Assembly (NCBI GenBank): GCA_010909165.1
Contig: MU008226.1
Span: forward strand, 80,826 to 144,825
Origin: Anthoceros angustus
Taxonomy: Eukaryota > Plantae > Anthocerotophyta
DNA: 64,000 nucleotides
Direction of reading: 5' to 3'
The notes under the pieces are model-generated. The model was given only the letters and a program-made list of their open reading frames with translations. It made no database searches and was not told the DNA's origin. The stretch's first letter is position 1. Every line of letters starts with the position of its first letter. The position numbers were made by a program, and so were the translations under genes. Shown here one piece after another: positions 24,270 to 37,169 of the stretch.

Positions 24270-26500
24270 TGCCGCAAGCTGTTGATAGGCTTGCAGAGGC
24301 AAAGGCCTGATTATTGGGGACCACCACCAAGTTTGAGGGGAAGGCAAAGTAATTTGCCACATGTGTGGAAGAAGTGAGACATGGGTGTGCTCATATTGCT
24401 GAGATTTTGCAAGAAGGAGGACTGCTAGGTAGAGATGTGTGGCAAGGGTTGCTGGAAGATGGGCCAAGTGCCCGTAATGGTGGAATTGTGCAGGATCTGC
24501 TGCAGGCTCTAGGTTGGGAGCTCAAGATGAGAGAGGAGCAGAATCGGTGCAAGGATGGGAGCGAGGAGCTCATGTTGTGGGGTGAGCAGCCACAAGGGTT
24601 GCAAGAGGAGGCCATGTGCCGAGGCACATGGAAGTGCTCAATGGAGTCACGATGGGAGGATGGCATGATAGGCCGTGTGTTGAACTAGGAAAGGCCATGG
24701 TAGAGCACTCACGGCAGCTGAATTTGTAGATGGGCTGCAAGATGGAGGTGTGGCCAAACCATAGGAAGGCGCGGTGTGGCCGCAACATGGTGAAGGGATC
24801 ACAACGGTGTGCATCATGACGGCGGAATTTGCGCAATGCAAGTCAAAGTGAAGGGAGGCCGTGTGGTGGCCGCGAGGAGAAATGGGTAGCAAGGAGGGTT
24901 GATACGAGATGTTGTTGAGGCGTGAGGAGTTCACCGGGAATAATTTTATTCGTGAGTGTTGTGTAGCCAATTGGTGTGTTGGACAATGAAGTAAGAACTA
25001 AAGCGTTTAGGGGTGGATCAAGACCGAGATGGGGCCTTTTGTGTGAGGTGTTTCATTATGAGAACTAATTGGGAGAGTGTTTGGGTGGTGCACCCACGGA
25101 GTAGGTGTAGGTGGCACAGGGCATGGCACCCCACGTAGGGAGGAGGTGCAAGGGGAGGTGTAGTGCCCTACGAGAATGGAGAAGGTGTAGGGTGGTAGTG
25201 ACGAGGGGCATGGCACCCCACCGAGGGAGGAGGTGCACCACGGGAGTGTAGGGCAGGGACGTGGAGAAGGTGTAGGGTAAGGGGGTGACATGTAGGGGTA
25301 GGAAGATGTGTAGGCGGCGTGTCCACAGTATATGTACCCACCGGGTAGGGAACAAGTAGGGAACAAGGTAGGGAACAAGTAGGGGATAGATGCGGTAGTA
25401 TGTAGGGTGACCAGTGTGTGGTGGCCCCACATGGGTAGGATGTAGGTGCAGGCTCTCACTATAGTTAGGTAGGTAGATAGGTAGGATGAGAGTGTCTCAC
25501 CGTAGGGAGTGGTGAGGTCTCACAAGGGGTGCGACACCCTACTTGGATACAAGCTTACTTGATACTTGGGAAGCAAGTATAAGTACAAACCTAGGAAGTT
25601 GCTAAAGAGGGTCAGAGGCAAGGTTGTGGATAAATAGGATATATTAGGAATAATAGCACATAAATATGTGGGGTAGTGTAGGGTGTGGCCATGCAAGCGG
25701 GGTGTGTAGGGAGTGGCACCTAGGAAGCTCATGAGGAATTGCATAAGAGCAGGATGCATGGAAAGCTAGAGCAAGGACTTGGTGGGAACGCGAGCCCGTG
25801 TGTGCAAGGAGAAGGAGGTGTGCATAAGGAGTTGTGTGTGAAGGGATTTGAAGCACAACTGTGAAGAGGGCAACTGAATTTTTGTGCCTAGGACCTTGCA
25901 AGTGAGGGATTTGGGCACATAAGGAGTCATGTGTGAGGACATCAAGTTTGAGCTAGGTGGGACCGTGGAGTGAAGAGGAAGTAAGGAAAAGGGCTGAAGT
26001 TGCTCTGGTGGATTTTATGTGGCGAGTGAAGAAATCTCGCAATTGTGTGTAGACACCGAGGTGACAACTAGGTGGAAACGAGCATGTGGCTGCCCAAGCT
26101 TGTCTTGTTTGTGCGCTTATTTTGAAGGTACAAGATGGTGAAAGCGCTGCACCTAAGAAGGGCAAGTTGGTTGCTAGGGAGCCGTGAAGAGGAATGCTTG
26201 ACGCATGTGGAGGCTAGGCACTGGTGGCATTCATATGCCGGATGCCCAACACATCCGGTGTATATGGAAGGGAGGATGACTCGGAGGAGGAAGAGGAAGG
26301 CATGGAGCAAGATCCGCCACGGAGACCTTCTTGCAGGAGAGTGGAGGCGGTATAAGAAGTTGACCCTACGTCCGTAGGAGGTGTAGAGGGTGGCCCTACA
26401 TCCGTAGGATCACCAGCGGTGCGACGAGACGCGGAGGTAATTGAAGGGTTGGTGGTAGCTTGGAGTGTGGGCTCATTGCTTGGGGAGACTTTCTTTAGAG
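24270..26500 (+). pseudogene. Family X accessory ORF homologue interrupted by tandem repeats
   Basis: 24600-25050 aligns to the reverse complement of 8560-9030; begins with ICHMCGRSETWVCSYC. Confidence 0.4.
25119..25387. repeat. Tandem repeats: two 87-bp units plus three or more GTAGGGAACAA
   Basis: GGGCATGGCACCCCAC..AGGGAGGAGGTGCA at 25119 and 25206; GTAGGGAACAA at 25345, 25356 and 25368. Confidence 0.85.
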
Positions 26501-26519
26501 GAGGACAGTTAATGCTTGT

Positions 26520-27600
26520 CAACCCAAGAGGGTGTGTTGACTAGCTAGATAGGAATGTTGTGAGCCATTAAGGCTCACATAGGTGAAGTTGCTAGAATAG
26601 AATTTTACCCAAGATGCTTGGATGTCGAACTTAAAGTCCGACAATAGGATACACTAGAATAAGGAGTGAGGCAGGCTGAGGGCGCGCTGGAGGTCAGTAT
26701 GTGAGGACCTCCCTATAAAAGGAGGGAGCTTGAAGTAAAATTATCGTGTCTTGGCCTCCCAAACTCGCGAGTCCTTTGCTCCTTGAAGGAATTTCGTGCC
26801 GCAAGCTAACGAAGGTCCGGTAGAGAGGGAGTTTGTGGTCGGAGTGCTTGGCGGAGGCTCGCCCTTGCGGCGCCTCGCAGTTGCTCCCTTGTGAATGGTT
26901 GTGAAATTGCTTTGCTTTGGGTGTGTGGCGATGCCCAAGGAACTCGGCTTGAGGGTAGACTACAGGAAAGACTCGGAGGTTCTCGTCTGTGCAAACTCAT
27001 AGCAACCGCCCAAGGAAGAACTTGTTGGCTTGTAGGCACTCCTGTGCGCCAGCTGTAAGGCGAGCTAGGGCTGAGCTTGAAGTAAGGTTAGATTAGGAGG
27101 ATGAGGAGTTGAGTTGAGGTGAGTGTTGAGGAGAATGTGGAGTGAATGTTGAGTAGAGGAGTAGGTAGAGATTAGGAGTAAGAAGAAGGCCCAAGTCGAG
27201 CCTAAGGGAGGGTCCCAACTGCACCAAACCGAGACCGGAAGCCGGGCTAAGGTCTCAAAATCACGGGGTGGAGAAGTCGCTACTGTAGGGGGTCCCTACG
27301 CGTGAGACGGTGGACCTACTAGGTGGGACCCACGATCGTAGGATGTCGTGTAGGTCCAGAGTGGTGATTCACGAGCAAAGGGAGCCGCCGAGTTGGTGGT
27401 TGAGGGTGCCAATTGTGGGAAGGCGATGGGAAAGGAATAGTGGACGATCACGGGGTGGTGAAGTCGCTGCAACGTAGGGGGTCCACGCGTAGTCACGACC
27501 CACCGCTGTGTGTGGACCTATAGTCGAGGGGTGTCGTCTAGAAGGAGATTGACTGAGCAAGATGGTGAGGCGTGCTGCTGGAGTGAGTTGAAGTTGCTCC
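26520..27600 (+). mobile_element. LTR-like region (plus orientation)
   Basis: CCTATAAAAGG at 26712-26722 in the same context as the 21.8 kb LTR TATA box; downstream part homologous to 14150-14620. Confidence 0.55.
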
Positions 27601-27769
27601 ACTGAGGGAGCTTGGGGTGGAAGAGGCGTGGTTTGTGCCTTGGATGTTGGTGACCGACAAACAAGAGTCTCATGGGACGCAAACCTATTGTACGACGATG
27701 GGATAAGTGGCCACTAGAGGTGAATCTCGGAAGCCCCGGGGTTTTCCTCCCATGCTTAGGAAGAACCTC

Positions 27770-28900
27770 CTCCCTCGATATAGGTGTACGAGGAAGGTAG
27801 AGACAACCGATTCTTGCTCCTCCATCACCAAATGGTTTCTGCGCAACTCTCTTCATACGTAATGGTGGCCCAATCTACCAACTTTCCCTGGGACATCTCA
27901 TACATCATCATTAAATGGGAATTTCCCAGGTACGTCTTCCTCGCCGCGCACGTTAGTCCTAGCCATATCTTGGCGAATAAATTCCACTTCCGCCTCCTTG
28001 AGCAGAGATCCTCCAGCCATTGCCTTGCGACCAAACTTCCTCCTTGGTCGTAGGAACATACTCAACCTCCTCCGGGACCGATTCTTGGAGAATCAACGGA
28101 ATGATCCCTCCTTGTGGGCTTAGGTATCAAGTACGTATCCCGGAAATGTCGATCTTCCACATCCCGTGATGACTTTGACTGCCGCATCCTTGAAGGTCAT
28201 CCGCCTTGGTCACTCTCATTCGTAGCGCACACTCGAACCAAGGCTTAAAGTGCCACCTGGGCACCAAGTACACCATTCCATCTTCATCTCGGCATAAGCG
28301 CCGAACGCCTCAAAATCTCGAGGTGAATTTGGAGCCTACATACCGAACTCGGAATTGGGTGTTTCTTCCCTTTTCCCTTTGTGGGCGGTGTGGCCGGTGG
28401 AGGTTTCCTTCCCGTGGGCGTACCCCCGTTTCCTATCCTCACTATCTTCACCATCTGCACCGTGGGAGCACACACAAGGATAGCAAGATTGGAGAGATTG
28501 GAGAGTAATCTATCAGACTAAGAGAGGTGAGCAAAGAAGTGGTGGTTTGGGTGAGGCAGCAGCAAGGGGGAAAACTTCCCGTGCTCTTCAACAGTCTGGG
28601 CCTCAACACAACCACCAAGAGGTGGCCTTGGCCCCCTTCAATCTCCCCTCCAGCATTTTCTTCACTCGCCTGTTTTACGCCTGGTAGTCCTCCGCAAGCT
28701 CTTCCCTTCCAGCGCCTCTCCAACAATCGCTCCTCCGCTTGAGTACCTCCACTCGCGCGCCCTGCGGACCCCCTCCGGACTCTTCTCCAGCAACTTCTCG
28801 TGGCACACTCACTAACGCCTGCGACCTCTTCATGCCTTCATCACCTAATACTGGCCACCGCTGCCGCGCCCTTGCGCTTTCCTTCCAGCCTGCCTGGGCC
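27770..28900 (-). pseudogene. Athila/Tat-type accessory ORF (putative plant transposon protein-like)
   Basis: RQWLEDLC..WNLFAKIWLGLTCAARKTYLGNSHLMMMYEMSQGKLVDWATITYEEL fits the G..(I/V)(N/D)WA..I pattern of such ORFs; recognised from memory, not searched. Confidence 0.5.
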
Positions 28901-29823
28901 CATGCAATAATCACCGTCGCTCGCATCTGCGTCTTCTTCCTTGAGCGTAAGCTCCTCTTACCTCTCCTTTTGGCCACCGCTGTCACGCACGCCGGTTCAA
29001 ACCACGGCTAACGATTTGCGATATGCAACCGCCTTTAATTGCGCTCCTCCGGATGGTCGCCACATGTTCGGTTCAAAACTCCGGCTATTTTCTATTTACA
29101 ACCTAACTAGCCCTATTTGGCATGTATAGCCATCCATGCGGAATCTAAATAATTCAAGGCCAAGGAACTTCTTATCCGATATTCCTACTTCCGGGTCCAA
29201 GGAACCTATCATGACTATCTTGTCCCGCGAAACTCATCATGTATGCGGTAAGGAGGCAAGAAGGTGAGGCGCCAAATTGGGGAGTAATTTCCTTCCTTCG
29301 AAGCACTTGGAGAAAAGCCAAGCGCCATGCCTCGAGCTGGGAAAGGCAAAGGGAAGGAGCCGCTTGCCAAAGCCTCCTCCTCACGAGGAGGTAAAGGAAA
29401 GAAGGCGGCAGCGGAGGGTGCGCCGCCAGGAGGGGGTGAAGTCGAGATGCCCCAATTCACTTGTTTTGCGGGGTAGCTCAACCCCAGGGATTTGGTCGAT
29501 TTTCAGCAGTGGGCGGAGGAGGAGAACATCCAATTGGGATGGGTGTATGGCCGCCAGTGGGCCTACACTAATTTGAAATTGATTGAGGAGTGTTATTAAA
29601 GATATGCATAAAGATATTGCCTCGGGATCATGCAATGCGGGTGTGAGAATAGAGCATGTGGAAGAAGTAGACGCAAGCAAGGAATCACGAAAGAGAGTGT
29701 ATTAAAGAGGAAATAGCACAAGGCTATATACATCAAGTAAAGCGGTTATTGAAACCATAACTAAAATGTAGAACTAACTTTAACCTAGGCTAGGATACTT
29801 AAGGTACTAACGGGTTTTCTATA

Positions 29824-29832
29824 CTCCCACTT
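29824..29832 (-). other. Polypurine tract of Copia element 2 (AAGTGGGAG)
   Basis: Same motif as 4214-4222; followed on the minus strand by AT-rich LTR-like sequence starting TATAG (possibly a mutated TGTAG). Confidence 0.5.
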
Positions 29833-30734
29833 AGTTTTAGCATTTTGAAACATAAATGAGGAATCAGTATTCTATGTACCGAGAAACATAATGAATCTCG
29901 ACTCGCTAAACGTGAGAACTGCCCTACACCGCCCGTCCTCCACCTCATCACGCCACGCCACGCCCAAGGCTCCAATAAGAACAAAGAATGGCCACACTCG
30001 CCATGTAACTCAAGGCCTCCTAGTGTGACCATCTTCATCTTGGGTGTCCTCACGTGGCGATCCATACAAGTTGTTGTCTCACTCCGACCGGTGCGAGATG
30101 TCGGATTCTTCGCAGGCCTCAAGTGTCTTGGATGTGAGAGGTCAGGGGTTCCGTCACCTCAACGCCACCCACTCTCCACGCAATGTCTTGCCCCGACTCC
30201 AACATAGTCTCTTCAACACGCCGGGCTCTCCTCTCGCCATGATCGCTCAAAGGCAAAGAAGGAGGGTGCAGAACTGACAATAGAGGCAACCCAAAACAGT
30301 GTTTTGTCGCCTCTTCGCAGATTTTCATGCAACACTAAAGGAGACCGAGTACAAGCTCAAGAAAACGGGAATGGCATGTGGCTATGGACCCAACCAGGAG
30401 GAATCAACTAACTACATGAAAGTTCCTCGCCCATAGACTCAAGATGAAGCTTACATGGAGAGGGAGGGATGAAGCCCGCAAGGAGTGTCACAAAGGAAAA
30501 GAGGAAGAAAAAGGTGGAGAAGAAACCTGAGCCACATGTGACAGAAACTGGCTTGCTGGTCACCTATGGCACTGAACTTTCCAGCCGCTTATGTTTGTGC
30601 TATCACTGACCCACCTTACGTTCATGCAGCACTTCCTGAGGAGTTTGCCAAGGCTGATAGGGCTAGAGAAGAACTGACCAAAACTACGAGCAAGGACAAA
30701 CTCCACACAAGGATTAGTTAGTGGGCGGTCTGAC

Positions 30735-33700
30735 ACAAGGTATCAAGCATACACCAGCAGTGCTTCTCATGAGTGGGTTTAGAGTGCCTTTGTGAGGAGA
30801 TCGAAACATTGTCTCCGGGCACATATGATATCACATTACCTCACCATTTTCGCCGCTTGTCGAATGAAGTGGTGACTAATTTCAATATGTTTCAACGTGC
30901 ATGGAATACCGGGTTCTTGGTGAGTGCAAGATCGGTTGTACGCAGTGGTGTTGGACCATCTGTTGTTGTAACCTTTAGGAAACTCGGATCCGTATGATCT
31001 CCTTTGATGCCCGAGTCATGGATGCATATTCGCCTCGTTGAGGAGAAAGGCAGTTGGTATCTTCTTGCTTGACCATGACACACTGAGGTGCCCAAAAGTG
31101 CACACGCAGCCACACTGCCCTCGTGTTCGGATCTCCCGCCACGGCATCACAATATGCCGAAGGTTCGTGCCACCATTAGACTTCCTAAAACGCAGCCCTT
31201 CCTTGCCTTCCTTGAGATAGCGAAAAATTCGCTTCTCGCCGATCAAGGTGGTTTCTAAGAATTGGCTTACAGCTCCCACTGCCCTAGTAATGTCCATCCT
31301 GGTCCAACTTGAAAGGTAGATGAGAGAGCCCACGGCTTGCCTATAAGGAGTGCCCATCATGGCTTGCTTCTCTTCCGGAGTTGTAGGACAATCGCTCAAG
31401 GGATGCTTTTTCTCCCATCGCCATGGGGTTGCCTGCTTTGCATCAAGCATATTAAAACGCCTCAAGGAGTTGATGGACAAAGTGCTCTTGATGGATATCA
31501 ATGGTTGTCGGCCTTGTTGAAATGGAACCCAACACCTGTGGAGAAGGTCAACTCGCCTAACCGCCATCTCAAACTTGGAAAGCGAATCGCCTTGATCTTA
31601 GCCATCATCACAGGAGAATTGCTAAAGAGGAAGTTTTCATCCGCATAAACCGTGAGTATCACAAACTCATCACCGCTCCAGAGAATACACACTCGTGTCA
31701 AGATCAAGACAAGTGAATCCGAGTTCTATGAGCAGCTTATGGAATACCTCGCACAAGCCCTAGAAGCTTGCTTGAGGCCATATAAGGTTTTAAGGGCCTG
31801 ACCTTATCCTCATCAATAGTAAAGCCTTGTGGCACATATAAATATCTTCCTCAAGCAGGCCATTCAGAAACGCTGTTTTCACATCCAACTGATGCACCAG
31901 AAGATTGTAATGGGAGGCTATGGCTAAGAGGATTCTTACTGACGTAGATTTAACAACTGGTGCAAAAGTTTCGATATAATCAAGGCTGTGATCCGCTATA
32001 GCCTTTAGCAACCAAACGTGCTTTGTATCTTCCTATAGTGCCATCAGTATTGAGCTTTTTCTTGAAGACCCATTTGCACTCAACAGGTTTTCTACCTTTG
32101 AGAAGGTCAACAAGTTTCCAGGTTTGGTTTTTGATGAGGGACTGATATTCAGAATCTATAGCAGCTTTCCAAAAAACGGATTCTGGTCCTTCTACAGCTT
32201 CCTTGTATGTAGCTGGTTCACCTAAGGAGGCCGAGAGAAGGCGCATATATGCTAGGATCCAAGTAAGGAGACCATTGGAAAGGAGGTTCTTGCCACTCAT
32301 GCATAGGTTTTCATGCAGAGGAACGCGTCTAAGGGGATCTTGGATTAGTCTCAACATCTGAGGGTTCTCGTGTTCGACCGACTCAACGAGTGCATCGTAT
32401 GTTCGTTCGACTCAACTTGGTTTGAAATAATCACTGAATCATCATCATGGCTAACGATAGTTGAGTGTTGACAGCTGAACGGGCTGCTGTGGAATGTTGC
32501 CGGTGGCCCCGGTAATCCGGGAAGGAGATCGTCGTCATCAAAAGTGACGCGTCAGATCAATCGGTGTCCTCAATTCCATGTATGGAAGCTGGTTGAGGAT
32601 CTCGAGGTTGTAAGGTAGCTAGATGGTCGAAGAAGAGCTGTCATAAAGATCACACTACGAGCAAGAGTGAGTTGTCTCGAAGTAGGATCAAAGAGCTTAT
32701 ATCCCTTCACCTCATCAGAATATCCAACAAAGACATGTCGTGAGGCTCTCGGATCCAACTTTGAGCGTTGAGAAGGAGGTACCAAGGCATAAGCTGGGGA
32801 ACCAAAAATTCGGAGGTGTTGAACCCTTGGTTTCTTACCAGTCCAACGTTCAAAAGGAGTGATCTTCCCAAGCTCCTTGGTGGGAAGAGTTCCCGGACAT
32901 AGTTGGCTGCCATCAAAGCTTCGCCCAATAACCACGGGTCACCCAAGAAAGGTGAGGGATGCCAAAGTAGCCTCTTGCAAGGTTCTCGTTCTTCCTCTCG
33001 GAGAAAGCATTCTCACCGAGGTGTGTAGGGGATGGAGTTGATGCGTAATCCTTCTTGTTCGCAAAAGGAGTTGAATGCATTGCTTGTGTACTCACCCCAT
33101 TGTCATTCGCAAAACTTACTTTGCAAGAAGTGCAGCTGAGCAAATTTGACATATGATTTGAAACGATAAAGCCTCACTCTTATGACGAAGGATGTATGTC
33201 AGATTCCGCCTCACTCATCGATGAAGGTGATGAAGTAGTTGCCTCCACCAAAAGAGCTAGTGGACATGGGACCACAAATGTATGTATGGTGTGGAGCAGC
33301 GTCGCCTCCGCTAAGGTTCTCATCCTTGTATGGCGAGACTATGGGCTTTGCTAAGTTGGCATGCTTCACGAAGCATCGAGAATCAAAGGAAAAATCAAGA
33401 GGCTCTGTGGTCCGTGGAGTGATTTTCTAAACCAAGTGGTCACAAAGAGGCCACATTTACCCTCTTTATCGTTGTAGACTTGAGATCTGCACAAGGGAGT
33501 GATTTCGTGTCAAGACAACCAAAACATAGCCAATCCAACCAACATGCATACACACCAAACATCTAGCGCCATGCACGCATTACTACCCTAACAACACTCG
33601 GACATGGCTATCTTAGCCACGCGACTGCTACCTTAGCAACGATGCATCTTGCTAACTTAGCAACCACCCTCATTTCTAGCAGAGGGGTCCACCTTGGGAT

Positions 33701-34300
33701 CAGTCCGCTATTAATAGGGGTGGGTCCTGTCGGGATCCAAGTGGATAAGGCTGATCTCTCCCTCTCTCTCTCTCTCTTATTCATCCACAAGGTTAGATCC
33801 ACCAATGTGATTCGCTCCCATAACTCTTTTCCCTCACTCTTGCAAGACTTCTTCGACTCCTTGCTCGTCCAGCCTTTCAGCTCACCTTCCGCTGCAGACC
33901 CTTCCGTCTCACATTCCCTTGGGGTGCCTCTCGCAGCCCTCCACACTCCAAGTTTCCCCAGCCTCTTCAACTCCCTTTGTTCTCACACCTCACCCACCCA
34001 TTCAATCTGCACTTCCCTCCTCACCTCCTCTCTCCAGCCTCACAAGGTTCTCATCCAGACCTTACAACCCCTCACCAACTCTCAAAATACTTGCTCAATG
34101 CCCGCAATCATTCCATCTCATCCACTCACGGATCTTCAACCTCCACTCACCTCTCTCTTCTTCAAAGAACACAAACATCACCATGACTTCTCCATTCCTT
34201 CTTACCCCTCTCAAACAGCCGATCAGCAACTCCATATCCAAAGATTTTCCACTTCTCTCATAGTTCACTTGTCCCTCTCATTTTCCAAACACCAAATCTC
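30735..34300 (-). mobile_element. Ty1/Copia gag-pol (element 2), near full length, frameshifted
   Basis: Integrase (ICGPMSTSSFGGGNYFITFIDE; TPFERWTGKKPRVQHLRIFGSPAY), RT (NQTWKLVDL.KGRKPVECKWVFKKK..RYKARLVAKGY; HQLDVKTAFLNG), RNase H (LTKNPVFHAR). Confidence 0.93.
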
Positions 34301-35339
34301 CAACACACGAAAATTCAAACACAAGGTGAGTACTAGACTAGCAAGGGAATGAGGAAGAGTCCGGACAGCCTCCCCGCTTCACAACCCCTTCCTCTTGACC
34401 TTGAAACTCCCCAAGGAGACCTCAAGGCTCCTCCCTTGCTTTCCACCACCCTTGGATCGGCCACAGATCTAGGCAACTTGGTGGTCTTCTTGGCTTCGTG
34501 ACAAAGAGTGTCTAGACTTACAAAGACCGGATCCGTACTCCCCAAACCCCGTGCTCATTTCAAACACCAAGACCTTGAACCAACATTGCTTACATTTCAT
34601 CAAGAGGGGCGCCTCTTATACCCAAGATCAGCCCACAAAAGTAGCTTGGCCGCCACAAAATACCAATGCCTTAGCCTACCAATCCTAGAGGCCTATCTCT
34701 ATCAATTGTCCACTAAGAGAGAGATAAGATTTATACTATCTATAACACATGGGCCTTTAGCTATTTCGTGGTCACTTACCCTATTATCTCTCCTAGGCCT
34801 CCTAGCCCCATGCTCCTCTTGCTCTCCTCCCTCTTGGCTGGTTGGGCAAACTCCCACAAAATCTCCACCTCCTCGAGGACTCCTCCTCTCTTGTGCTCGC
34901 AACATAGCCTAGTACTCCTCCTCTGAGCTCTTGAATCTGGATGGGTCGGCCGAAAGTCTCCCATAAGAGTCCAACCCATAGGTAGGATCCAAAGGCTGCC
35001 AAGGCATGGATCAAGTACCTCCATGTTCCCCATTACTTCCGCTCGGTATTTCTGATTTCGCCCAAATAGGTTTTCCGAATTTATCGGAAAATAACTCCGA
35101 CTTGGTTGCTACCATAGCAACAGCTCGAGTTGTTGTCATAGCAACAGTCCTGTTAGCAACGGCCCTAGCAACTGCTAGCAACCTACGAGCAGCCAACCTC
35201 CAAGGTTACATCAGATTAGGACTAGACTCTCTTCCTCCTACTAGGCTCTAGTAGACTTTTCTTATTTCCTAACCTACTTCACATTCCAACTCCACACGAT
35301 TCTCACAACTTAAACACAAAACAAAAAAACACTCCTTTT

Positions 35340-36200
35340 AGAAGTGCAGTACCCATGTGGTCACCACAAGGTCTCACCTTTTATGAGGGTTCCAAGACGT
35401 TGGAAATTGACATGACCTAAACGACAATGCCAAAGCTGAGTAGATGGTGTTCTTGCAATGTGGACATAAGGGCTGTCAGTGGTTGCAGTGGAGACATCAA
35501 GCAAGTAGAGGTCATGGAAACAGGTTCCGCTAAAGAGATTCTGACCTGACTTGGTGATGGTACACCCTTTCTGGTCAAAAAACACACGACAGTTGTGGTC
35601 CTGGGCCAACTTTATGACGGACATGAGATTCTTCGTCATTGAAGGTACATAAAGTACATCACTCAAAATGAGATGAGAGGAGTTTGGCAGAAGGATTGTG
35701 ACAGAACCTGTTCCCTTGATGAAGAGCCCACTATCATCACCCAGAAGAACAAACTGCTTAGCATCATCACCGGAATGGCCGGAAAAAGCAGACTTGTTGA
35801 AACAAATGTGGTAGTAGCACGAATCTAAGAACGAGAGGTGGTCTCGATAGTGGATATGTTGCCGGGGATGGTAGGTTGCTTAGCTTTGCTCATAGTGAGG
35901 TTGCTCTCTGCGGTGCCTTCTCGTGGCTCTCCTTGTTTCTTCTTACGATAGCCTCGCTCATAATGGCCGGGAATTTTACACCAATTGCAAACAAAGGTCT
36001 TCTTGGCGTTGTTGCTATTAGAGGCCAGTGATTGAGTGGGAAGCCACGTCCCTGCCTCGGCCCAAGCCGCCCACGTCCTCTGGGGAAAAGCACCCTTGCT
36101 CCACGGATGAACTTAGCACATGGCTTGTGAAATGCCAGAACATTCTTGACAAGAGTGCTCAATAACTTCCCTAGTGGCTTGAGTTTGGCTGCTTTGCGAT
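35340..36200 (-). mobile_element. Ty1/Copia gag zinc knuckle, protease and GAG-pre-integrase fragment (element 3)
   Basis: CNWCKIPGHYER knuckle; LSDVLYVPSMTKNLMSVIKLAQ; QLWHCRLGHVNFQRL. Confidence 0.88.
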
Positions 36201-36809
36201 TGCCTAACGGCTTGAATGGTCACATCTCGCGCTCCTTCTTCTCGAGCCAAACAAGACCACCCCAACACACAAATCAGCGTTAGGCTCGGGCGCCTCTGCC
36301 GGCCAATTTCCTCGTGATTTCTCGGGGCAGGCGCGCGATAGGGTAGTCGCGATTCTTCTTCCACTCTCAAGTTCTTCAACCTCGCCTCCGGCGCCCCAAC
36401 CTCGTGCCTCTTGCCCTTGGCGGCTCCTTCCGGCACTAGCGTGCCGCTCTATTCTTGGGTTCGGAGGCCCCTCGATGTTCGGGCTCGGTGCACTGTCTCC
36501 TTTCCTCTTGCCTAGGGTTTCCTCCTTCATTGCCATACCCGGCTCCCTTGCACGCAAGTCGCGTGATCGGCAATAGCAACTTCCTTTTCTTCTTCTCGCG
36601 CTTCCCTTACGCTCCGTCTGGGGTCTCGCGAAGGAGGGCGCCTCGGCTAAAGAGGAAGTTGGCGCCGCCAAAGCGCACTTGCCTTCTGTGGATTCTGCCA
36701 CAGGCTTCCCAACTAGTTTGGGTCATCATTAAATTACCTAATCAGCGCCATTTTCCTATCCCTGCTCGCTTATCGCTAATTATTAACACTAATTATTCTA
36801 CATATTTAT

Positions 36810-37160
36810 TCCCTATTGGTGAGCATATATAGTGGATATCCCCTATATTAATTTCTTTTCCTAGCCGAGATCTATGACCTACCGCGGTAGATACACTTGC
36901 ACTGCATGATGGTGCCTCCTTTTCTCGCCACCTACGAGGGTGTGGCGGTACCAGTTTCAATGTGTCTCGAGGCGCCCTTACGCCCGGGGTCATTTTGACC
37001 GTCCTTTTCTGGGATATCCTCTTGACTTCCTAACAATATCCTACAACTCGACCCGGGGCTTCTCGGAAAGTTTCGGCATGCTCCTCTTTAGTCGTTTCTA
37101 GCCAAAAAAATCAAACTTGTTTGTCCTCAGCTCTTTTGAATTTGGTTGCCCAAACTTTTG
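36810..37160 (-). promoter_or_regulatory. Further copy of the TATATA/hairpin module
   Basis: CATATATAGTGG at 36824, GGGTCATTTTGACC at 36987, TAGCCAAAAAAATCAA, GGTTGCCCAAACTTT. Confidence 0.55.
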
Positions 37161-37169
37161 CGTTCCGCG

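Noticed and set aside
25007-25459. Extensin-like Pro/Tyr/Thr-rich ORF
   Set aside because: Its composition simply reflects the 87-bp and 11-bp tandem repeats.
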